Assembly (NCBI GenBank): GCA_963770835.1
Contig: CAVYRH010000008.1
Location: 186,692 to 250,691, forward strand
Source: an uncultured Pseudomonadota bacterium
Lineage (GTDB): Bacteria > Oederibacteriota > Muellerivitia > Muellerivitales > Muellerivitaceae
Reading direction: 5' to 3'
Length of the DNA stretch: 64,000 nt
Of the stretch, positions 37,135-44,656 are shown in pieces. How positions within the stretch are numbered: the stretch's first letter is position 1; each line of letters begins with the position of its first letter. The notes beneath the pieces are model-generated. The model ran no database searches and was not told the origin of the DNA. It saw only the letters and a program-made list of their open reading frames with translations. A program made the position numbers and the translations under genes.

Positions 37135-38562
37135 TTATCGGGATTTCCACTCATAGAGAAGCCGCACCTGGGGTGGGTGGCTAAGTTTAGTGGTCACCTG
37201 CGAAGCGCTACCGGGGTTCATACCGTCTGCCGGAGGGGCGAACGCGACGATGGGAAAGGGTTTGGAGGTTCCCCACTCCATCGCGGCCTGGGTCAGGTCC
37301 ACCCATTCAACACCAGGCTTTTTATAAAACCACTTCTGACCACTCTTAATCATCAGGTTCGCTCCTTTATCCATCAGCAGTTCCAGGAAGATCGGGCGTT
37401 TTTTGAGTGGCAATTTCCAACCCAGCCCGTCCGAATCCTCCGACGTGCGCCACTCCATCCGAAGGGAATCTTTCAAACGTGACCAAAATTCCTTCGGCTG
37501 GAAATACGGCTCCTGGACCAATTCCTTATAAACATTCAAGAAGGATGTCGACAGGCCGTTATGGGAGTTGTTCGGATCTTCCCTTTCCAAGCCCAGCCGT
37601 CCCCTGTCCCGGAATTGGTAATAGGTAATGCCTTTCAAGAATCCTGGCTTTTCCTTGAGGACCCGCCGGTAGAAAGTCTCCGTGAGTTTTAATTGGTAGA
37701 TCTCCCCGCCCACGTTGCCGTCCGCGTTGAGTTCCCCGATTTCCAGGCCCTTGTCATCGGCGGCCAATTGCGCGAACCGCCGGTGGACGCCGTTGATCTG
37801 TTTCCAAACCCCGTCAACCCCCACGATTTTATGGGTCGTCAAATCCCCCGGCTCGCAGGCCGCGAAGGGCCAGCGGAAATGGAGGGTGAAATATTCGTCC
37901 GTGGACCATACATCCGCCGCCTCCAGGATCGGCGCCAGCTCCTTCTCATGGTTCAGGCGTCCCGTCTTAAAGTCCTCCACGTGCCCCCAGCAGGAGACCA
38001 TCTGCGCGTTCGGGGCCTCTTTTTTCAGGATTTTGGCGAACCGCAGGAAGAAATCGGCGACCTGCTTGTAGGAATATTGGCGGCTGTAAGCGAACCAGAA
38101 CCCGTCGCACTCGTGGTTGAGGCGCAGGCGCAGGCGGCCGTAGGGCTTGAGCTGGCGGGCAATGACCCGGATGTGGTCGTCCGGCACGGCGCAGTCCATG
38201 GTCAGGGTCAGGGTGACTTCCTGCCCATGTCGGCGGATATCCCGCATTTGTTGGAAGGCCTCCCCTTCCGTATCGCCCTTGGGCCCACCGAGGAAAGGAA
38301 AATAATCGTCATAGGGGTAGTCCCAGGCGCCGTTCTTGCCCCGCTTCTTGTGCGCCAGCGAAGCCCGCTGGGGCCAGCCCGGCGCGAAGGGGTAATAGCA
38401 GTACATGAGGCTGATGCTGCGGTGGGGGCGGCCCAGGGTGGAAAGGACGTAATCCTGGTTGACGTATTCGCCGCGTTCGCTGCCGTCCCCCAGGTCCAGG
38501 GAACAAGCCGCTGGACTGAGGGTCACGCGGCTGGGCGAAAGAAGGGGTTTTAAACTTTTCAC
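37135..38562 (-). CDS. Divergent glycoside hydrolase, GH26-like TIM barrel
   Basis: RLRLNHECDGFWF resembles GH26 R..HE.NG.WF; candidate nucleophile IGELN; GTG start; no signal peptide. Confidence 0.5.
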   Translation of the reverse strand: MKSLKPLLSPSRVTLSPAACSLDLGDGSERGEYVNQDYVLSTLGRPHRSISLMYCYYPFAPGWPQRASLAHKKRGKNGAWDYPYDDYFPFLGGPKGDTEGEAFQQMRDIRRHGQEVTLTLTMDCAVPDDHIRVIARQLKPYGRLRLRLNHECDGFWFAYSRQYSYKQVADFFLRFAKILKKEAPNAQMVSCWGHVEDFKTGRLNHEKELAPILEAADVWSTDEYFTLHFRWPFAACEPGDLTTHKIVGVDGVWKQINGVHRRFAQLAADDKGLEIGELNADGNVGGEIYQLKLTETFYRRVLKEKPGFLKGITYYQFRDRGRLGLEREDPNNSHNGLSTSFLNVYKELVQEPYFQPKEFWSRLKDSLRMEWRTSEDSDGLGWKLPLKKRPIFLELLMDKGANLMIKSGQKWFYKKPGVEWVDLTQAAMEWGTSKPFPIVAFAPPADGMNPGSASQVTTKLSHPPQVRLLYEWKSR

Positions 38563-38654
38563 TCGAAGACCTCGGATAGGAGATGAAAATCTTTCATGAC
38601 GAAGGTTGTAAAGCCACTGGGCAAAGCTTCAAAATTGCCTTATATAAAATTCTA

Positions 38655-38681
38655 CTCTGTGAACTCTGTGTACTCCGTGGT
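38655..38681. repeat. Nonamer-repeat arm (CTCTGTG family), solo
   Basis: CTCTGTGAA-CTCTGTGTA-CTCCGTGGT; same family as 51484-51576. Confidence 0.55.
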
Positions 38682-38693
38682 TCAACAGCGGTT

Positions 38694-39494
38694 TTATTGA
38701 TTGACTTTGTAATTGGAGAAATCAAAAAGAACGGCAACGCTATGGGTGGTTCCCGGCAATTTCATTTTCAGGGTCATGGTCGTCGGCATCCAAAACCGGT
38801 CAACCACACCATACTTGAGACGATAATCTCCCTTTGAACCGGCCGAATCCAGTAAAAAACCCATTAACAAATAACCCTTTTTGGAATAAAGAAAATCCGG
38901 AGTGTAGGAGGATTTGTTGCCATTGTCATCGATCGAGAATCCGTTCATTTTCCCTTTCGGGTCGAAAGAAGCGTTCACCTTCACGCCCCCTGGCACGGTT
39001 TCAAGCACGTAAAACCCGTTGGCATCCTTGGTGAATTTAAAGTCGTTTTGGGCCATATCCGAGGGGGCGTTCAAGGGCTCCACCGTCGAGGCCTTCCAAA
39101 ACTGGAAAAACGCCTTGAGGGCCCCCAAAAGGTTATCGTTGAGTTTCCCTATCTTCGCGTCCAACTTGGAATTCCCCGTCGGGGACGAAGCCACGCCTTG
39201 GACGGAAATGGATCCTCCGGCCTGGTCATCGACCGAAAACCGGAAATTTTTCACGGCCCCCCAAAGTTTGGCATCGTAGGCCCCTTTCGCCTTGAGGCTC
39301 TTTACCGAATCCGGGGACAAGGAACAGGCCAGTTCGCCGTGGTAGTTGCGGAGCCCCTGCTGGGAGAGGCAGTAGTAATAACCGTTCAGTTTCCCCAGGA
39401 AAGCGGTGACCGCCGGGCTGGCGGCGGCCCAGGCATGGGCGGTGGGCCATAATAAAGCGGAAAAGCAAACCACACGGATAACGATGTTTTTCAC
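38694..39494 (-). CDS. Secreted hypothetical protein
   Basis: 266 aa, signal peptide ending AHAWA, GGAGG RBS, beta-rich C-terminus. Confidence 0.7.
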   Translation of the reverse strand: MKNIVIRVVCFSALLWPTAHAWAAASPAVTAFLGKLNGYYYCLSQQGLRNYHGELACSLSPDSVKSLKAKGAYDAKLWGAVKNFRFSVDDQAGGSISVQGVASSPTGNSKLDAKIGKLNDNLLGALKAFFQFWKASTVEPLNAPSDMAQNDFKFTKDANGFYVLETVPGGVKVNASFDPKGKMNGFSIDDNGNKSSYTPDFLYSKKGYLLMGFLLDSAGSKGDYRLKYGVVDRFWMPTTMTLKMKLPGTTHSVAVLFDFSNYKVNQ

Positions 39495-39527
39495 CTGCGC
39501 CTCCCGAATATTTAATTTGAATTTAAA

Positions 39528-40574
39528 CTAATTTTTAGCGGATGGCCATTGATCCTTCGGAACTCCCTTATAAACCTCTTCCATCTTCTGGAAACCATCC
39601 TTGATAACCGTATCCACCATGTTGTCCTTGGTGACCACGATGGGGTCCAGGAAATAACTGGGCACGTCCTTTTTCCCATTGTTGGTGGTCAAGGAAATCG
39701 GGGGGAGGGGCTGGTGTTTGGCCAGGTCCACCGCGATATCCGCCGCCTTAGCGGCCAGGAACCGGACAGGCTTGTAAACCGTCATGTTCTGGGTTCCGGC
39801 AACGATGCGCTGGCAGGCGGCCAACTCGGCGTCCTGGCCCGACACCAGGACCTTGCCCGCCAAACCCTGTTCAGCCAGGGCCTGGATGGAGCCCCCAGCC
39901 GTGCCGTCATAGGAATCCACCACCGCGTCCACCTTGTTGTTGTTTTTCGTCAGGATGTTTTCCATGTTCTTCAGGGCGTTGACCGCCAGCCAATCGTTGG
40001 ACCACTGGTCCCCCACGATCTGGATGTCGCCCTTGGCGACCAGGGGGTCCAGCACCATCTTTTGTCCCTTGCGCAAAAGAATGGCGTTGTAATCCGTCGG
40101 GGCGCCGCCCATGAGCACGTAATTGCCCTTGGGCCTCAGGTTCACGAGGGTGGAAGCCATCAGTTCCCCCACTTTGATGTTGTCGAAGGACACATAAGCG
40201 TCCACGTCGCTGTCCAAAATAAGCCGGTCGTAGGAAAGCACCGGCACGCCCATCTTGTGGGCGGCATCCACGATGGAAGCGCAGCTTTTCGCGTTATGCG
40301 GGATGACCACCATGCATTGGATGCCCTGCGTCAGGAGGTTCTCGGCCTGGGAATTCTGGAGCTCATCGTTGGAATCGGCCGACTGCACCAGCACGCCCAC
40401 TCCCTGTTCGTTGCATTTGGCGGTGAAAACATCCCGGTCCTGGGCCCAGCGGGGCGCCCGGAGGGTGTCCATGGAAAGCCCGATTTTAATGGGATATTGG
40501 GATTGTTTGTTTCCGCAACCCGCCGACAAACCCGCCACTAGAAGTAGCGTCAAAGTCGTCCTCACGTTTTTCAT
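39528..40574 (-). CDS. xylF: D-xylose ABC transporter substrate-binding lipoprotein
   Basis: IGLSMDTL...RW..DRD.F, SYDRLI, YVSFDN.KVG, SGQDAELAA..RI..GTQ.MTVYKP; lipobox SAGC. Confidence 0.85.
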   Translation of the reverse strand: MKNVRTTLTLLLVAGLSAGCGNKQSQYPIKIGLSMDTLRAPRWAQDRDVFTAKCNEQGVGVLVQSADSNDELQNSQAENLLTQGIQCMVVIPHNAKSCASIVDAAHKMGVPVLSYDRLILDSDVDAYVSFDNIKVGELMASTLVNLRPKGNYVLMGGAPTDYNAILLRKGQKMVLDPLVAKGDIQIVGDQWSNDWLAVNALKNMENILTKNNNKVDAVVDSYDGTAGGSIQALAEQGLAGKVLVSGQDAELAACQRIVAGTQNMTVYKPVRFLAAKAADIAVDLAKHQPLPPISLTTNNGKKDVPSYFLDPIVVTKDNMVDTVIKDGFQKMEEVYKGVPKDQWPSAKN

Positions 40575-40598
40575 CCAAGCCTCCTTCAAGATTCCGGT

Positions 40599-40749
40599 AG
40601 CGTGTCAGTTTGACTTGAACAACTTCAAGACACCCCTCACCCTACCCTCTCCCCCAAGGGGCGAGGGTTTTGGCGGATTTTCCCCCTCTCCCTCGAGGGG
40701 AGAGGGCGGGGTGAGGGTGAAGCAACATTTTCTTCCAAACTGGTACACT
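40599..40749. repeat. CCCTCACCC/CCCTCTCCC-type REP doublet within short imperfect terminal IRs
   Basis: CCCCTCACCCTACCCTCTCCCCCAAGGGGCGAGGG (from 40633) and inverted partner ending GGGGTGAGGG (about 40717); outer IR 40599-40612 / 40736-40749 (11/14). Confidence 0.75.
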
Positions 40750-40757
40750 TCCAATAC

Positions 40758-41990
40758 TCACGGGTTGAAAACCTTTTTAATTTCATCCAAACCCACTCCC
40801 AACAAAGCCCGGGCCATTTTGTCCAATCCAGGTTTCGGGCCCTCGAAGTGAAAGGTGCGTTGGCGGTGGGTTGCGGATTCCCCGGGAGCCAGTGCCAAAG
40901 CGGGTGACGAAGATTCCAGTTCATAAAACTTCCCAAGTTGCTTGGCCCCGGGCTTAGCCGGGCCGTCGTTGTAGCTGTTGGAGACGTCGCCGGCAAAGGG
41001 TTCTTTTTGGAGGGCCCATTGGGAATTGACGTAATCCTTCCGGCCTTCCGGAAGGTCGAACTGGATGATGGTCAGGACTCCCTTCCCAGGGTCGTAACTC
41101 CCCAGGAAAGGTTTGCACCTGGCCGGGGGGATACCGATTTTGCTCCGGCAGGCGGCGTCGGCCTTGAAAAAAACATCCCCGTCTTTCACCACCAGGCGGT
41201 CGGCGGGCACCTTGCCGAAATAGGCATCATGGACCACCGTTCCCATTTCCGGCTCCGGCCCGGTCTTATAGGGAATCACCACGGTGTTGGAGGAAGAGGC
41301 GTTCATCATGCCTAAAACCCAAAGGGAAAGAAGGCCGGTTTTCTTGTTCCATTTCTTCTCCCCGGCGTTTCGAAGGGTGTTCACCGATTCAAAGGCCACG
41401 GTTTGAACTGACTCCTCCGGTTCCAGGCCCAGGATTTCAGCCGTTTCTTTTTTGCCCAAAACCCGGATTTCCCGCGTCACTTCCAGGTCGAATTTCGTGT
41501 TGGAATAATTGACCAGTCCCATCTTTCGCTGGAACTTCACGTAGTCCTTGCCTTTTTCTACGACCGGCAGGGATTCGGTGTCCAAGGGAGCGGGGGTGAA
41601 CCAGTGGTCGAGGTCGAATGGCACGCCCGGGGCGAAAAAAACCGAGAACTGCCCGCCTTCCGGGCCGATCCAAAGCCGGTCTTCCCCGCCGAAAGGGTTA
41701 ATGTGCTGTACCTGTTTCCCCGAGGCGATCAAATCCCGGTTGACCCACCCGTAGCTGGCCCCCTTCTCTGCGTCCGAGGCGCTGGTCATCACCCGCCCCT
41801 GGTAAAGCGGCGAGACGGCGACCTGGGCTCGCCCGGCCTCATCGGACAAAAGAACGAGGTCCTTGTCGTACTTTTTTAGGAATGAAACATCGTCCTTGAA
41901 CGATTCGGCCGCCGCCAGAACCGGGGACGCCCCGGAGGAAAGAAACGAGCAGAAACCGGCCATTATTAAAAAGGGTTTCAAAATTTTCAT
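40758..41990 (-). CDS. Secreted conserved protein (DUF6786-like, aldose-epimerase-type fold possible)
   Basis: YQGRVMTS, FGGEDRLWIGPEGGQFS, YNDGP, FYELESSSPA motifs; start MKIL at 41990 with AGGAGG RBS. Confidence 0.65.
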   Translation of the reverse strand: MKILKPFLIMAGFCSFLSSGASPVLAAAESFKDDVSFLKKYDKDLVLLSDEAGRAQVAVSPLYQGRVMTSASDAEKGASYGWVNRDLIASGKQVQHINPFGGEDRLWIGPEGGQFSVFFAPGVPFDLDHWFTPAPLDTESLPVVEKGKDYVKFQRKMGLVNYSNTKFDLEVTREIRVLGKKETAEILGLEPEESVQTVAFESVNTLRNAGEKKWNKKTGLLSLWVLGMMNASSSNTVVIPYKTGPEPEMGTVVHDAYFGKVPADRLVVKDGDVFFKADAACRSKIGIPPARCKPFLGSYDPGKGVLTIIQFDLPEGRKDYVNSQWALQKEPFAGDVSNSYNDGPAKPGAKQLGKFYELESSSPALALAPGESATHRQRTFHFEGPKPGLDKMARALLGVGLDEIKKVFNP

Positions 41991-42013
41991 TTTCCCTCCT
42001 AAATTTTTTAACC

Positions 42014-42243
42014 CGTCATTGCGAGTTCTTTGAACCACGTTGTAATTTTGCTGTCATTGCGAGGAATGACCGCCGAATAGGCGGGCGGTTATGACGAAGC
42101 AACCTCAGTCTGAATATGCCTTTGTGAAAACCTCCGACCAAAGCTTGAACAACCCATGAACTGAGGTTGCTTCGCCTCAAAATTCGAGGCTCGCAATGAC
42201 AGCATAAATTGCGACATGGCCAAGGTTCCCGCAATGACAGCTA
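42014..42243 (+). repeat. Non-autonomous palindromic element D (42050-42203) nested in a degenerate outer copy
   Basis: Inner GCTGTCATTGCGAGG...GAAGCAACCTCAG...CTGAGGTTGCTTCG...CTCGCAATGACAGC; outer CGTCATTGCGAG (42014) and CGCAATGACAGCTA (ends 42243). Confidence 0.85.
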
Positions 42244-44529
42244 TTTAACTTCTATGGGTGCCAAGGGTCCCTCATACAACCCCGCATCCCCGGAGCCGTT
42301 ATAAACCCGGATGCTGATGACATTGTCTTTTCCAAAACGGATCAACTTGGCCGGAATTTCGTAATGCCTTACTTGGTCCCAGGCTGTATTGAAGTTGGGC
42401 GGAAAGGTCCCCATCCGCCCGATTTCTTTTCCGTTCAAATAAGTGATATCGGCGTCATCGATCTTACCCAGGGGTACGACGATGGAATGTCCCTTCCATT
42501 CCGCGGGAATCACCAGGTGTTTCCGGTACCAACCGTAACATTGCTCGCATTTGTAACCGTGCTCCGACCAATGGGCGGGCAATTGGACTTTTTCCCAGCC
42601 GCTTTCCGGCAAGCCAGCCTTAACCCAGGAAGGATCGTCGCCCTTGTGGAACAGCCATTCCCCCGAAAGGTCCATCGCCGGCAAAGCGATCTTCCCTTCC
42701 ACGGACTGTCCTTGAACCGCCAAGGCCATATCCGAATACTGGCTGGGAATCCTAAGCCCCGCCACGTAGATCCCCGGCTTCCTGGCCGTATAAGACGAGG
42801 ATACGAGGGAAGAGGATTGGGCGCCCACCGATACCCATTGGGCGGGGGCGATCTTGCCGTTGATGGTCAGGACCACCTGTTCTTTCAGGTCGAAGGTATT
42901 GTCGTTTTGCAGGTCCGCTTCTGCGGTCAGGGCCATACCCTGGCCGTGGATCCGTGGGTTGCCCAAAACGAACCCGCCTAAAACCACCTCATAGGCCACG
43001 GGCAGGTCGCCCCCTTTGGACGGCGGCGAAAGTACCAGCCCCTCGTCATTCCTTTGCCACTGGATCGTTTCCGGCGAGCCCAGGAGGGATACTTCTTTTA
43101 CCGTTAGGGCGGGCGCGGCGGCCTTCCCAAGCAAAGTCACTGTTACCGGCTGGGTGGGCGCCACCATCGGGAGGATGTAAAGCTTGTTCCCCTTGCGGGT
43201 GAAACGCAGGTCTCCTTGTTGGTATTTCACTTCCGCTTCGCTGTTTTTTCCGGCCGATTCCTGCGTGGGCCCTTCCCCGAAGGTGATCCAGGGCCGGGTA
43301 CGGTAAATAGCCCCGCCGTTCACCTTCAGCCAATCCCCTATTTGGAGAAGGACCTTGACCTGGTCCTCGGGCAGGGTGCCGTCGGGTTTGGGGCCGATAT
43401 CCAAAAGAAGATTTCCGTTCTTGCTGACGGTGTCAATCAGGCTGCGGATGAGGTAGCCCGCGTCCTTCAGCTGGTCGTCCTTGAGATAGGCCCAGGATTT
43501 CCAGGAAACGGAGGTGTCAGTCTGCCAGGGCACGGGATTGATTCCCGGCAGCTTTCCTTTTTCCACGTCCTGCACCGCCGTGCCCGGAACGAAAGCCTTG
43601 TCCTTGGTATTCAGGACCACGCCCTCGCCCCATTCCGCGGCGCGGTCGTAATAGTAGGCTGCGAATTTTTTCAGGTAAGGTTGGAAGGCGGGGGTCTCCC
43701 CGATCCACCAGTCGAAATAAACGAGCTGTGGATGGTACTTGTCCACCAGTTCGCAGGAACGGGCCAGCCAATTCCGGCAGTAGTCGTCGCTGGGGGTGCT
43801 GTAATCCTCGGCAGCCGGGCCGTAAAAATCGGCATACTTGGGGTCCTGGACGTCCGAATCGAATTTACGGCCGCCGCTCATGAACCACCAATGCTCGGCC
43901 CGGTGGGAGGAACAGCCGAAGACCAGGCCTTCAGCGCGGTAAGCCTTGGCTTCCATCCCAATCAGGTCCTTATGAGGCCCCATCTTGGCGGCGGTCCAAC
44001 GGGAAAAATCAGAATCGTACATGGCGAAACCGTCGTGGTGCTCGGCCACGGGCACGATGTACTTGGCTCCGGCCTCCTGGAAAACCTTGGCCCATTTGGC
44101 CGGATCGAAGTTTTCGGCTTTGAAGAGGGGGATGAAATCCTTGTATCCGAACTTGTTCTGGGGCCCATAGGTGGCAACGTGGTGCTTGAAGGAATCGTCC
44201 CACGTGACGTTCGACTGGTACATGTCGCGGGAATACCATTCGTTGGCATAGGCGGGTACCGAATAAAGGCCCCAATGCATGAAAATGCCGAATTTCGCGT
44301 CCTGGTACCAATCCGGAACCTGGTAGGACCTCAGGGAATCCCAGTCATCTTTAAAAGGCCCCTTTTGGATGACCGCCTCGACCTCGTCGAGTTTCCTGTC
44401 CACTGCGGCCTTAGTCTCCGAAGACTCCCAATTTAACGGCTGCAACTCCTCCGCAAAGGCCACGGAACACGCCATAAAAGCCAAGAGAAACATAGATTTT
44501 TTGTTCAAAAGGCAAAACCCCCAAACCAT
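42241..44529 (-). CDS. GH29 alpha-L-fucosidase with C-terminal jelly-roll domain
   Basis: AKFGIFMHWGLYSVP, AEHHDGF, YFDWW, WQTD, VSKNGNLLL, AIYRTRPW; start may be 44493. Confidence 0.92.
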   Translation of the reverse strand: MVWGFCLLNKKSMFLLAFMACSVAFAEELQPLNWESSETKAAVDRKLDEVEAVIQKGPFKDDWDSLRSYQVPDWYQDAKFGIFMHWGLYSVPAYANEWYSRDMYQSNVTWDDSFKHHVATYGPQNKFGYKDFIPLFKAENFDPAKWAKVFQEAGAKYIVPVAEHHDGFAMYDSDFSRWTAAKMGPHKDLIGMEAKAYRAEGLVFGCSSHRAEHWWFMSGGRKFDSDVQDPKYADFYGPAAEDYSTPSDDYCRNWLARSCELVDKYHPQLVYFDWWIGETPAFQPYLKKFAAYYYDRAAEWGEGVVLNTKDKAFVPGTAVQDVEKGKLPGINPVPWQTDTSVSWKSWAYLKDDQLKDAGYLIRSLIDTVSKNGNLLLDIGPKPDGTLPEDQVKVLLQIGDWLKVNGGAIYRTRPWITFGEGPTQESAGKNSEAEVKYQQGDLRFTRKGNKLYILPMVAPTQPVTVTLLGKAAAPALTVKEVSLLGSPETIQWQRNDEGLVLSPPSKGGDLPVAYEVVLGGFVLGNPRIHGQGMALTAEADLQNDNTFDLKEQVVLTINGKIAPAQWVSVGAQSSSLVSSSYTARKPGIYVAGLRIPSQYSDMALAVQGQSVEGKIALPAMDLSGEWLFHKGDDPSWVKAGLPESGWEKVQLPAHWSEHGYKCEQCYGWYRKHLVIPAEWKGHSIVVPLGKIDDADITYLNGKEIGRMGTFPPNFNTAWDQVRHYEIPAKLIRFGKDNVISIRVYNGSGDAGLYEGPLAPIEVK

Positions 44530-44534
44530 TTTTA

Positions 44535-44644
44535 GCCACGGATGAACACGGATTCACACGGATAAAAATAAATTTAATACGAAAATTCTAATATCTTTCA
44601 GTTTTGCTTTATGCCATCCGCGTTAATCCGTGTTCATCCGTGGC
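44535..44644. repeat. Decamer-periodic palindromic repeat (CACGGAT family)
   Basis: GCCACGGATGAACACGGATTCACACGGAT (44535-44563) pairs with 44616-44644 (27/29). Confidence 0.85.
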
Positions 44645-44656
44645 AAATTTTGGTGT

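Noticed and set aside
42016..42234. 72-aa ORF, and the similar 69-aa ORF at 31449-31658
   Set aside because: Translations of the palindromic elements, with no RBS or protein features
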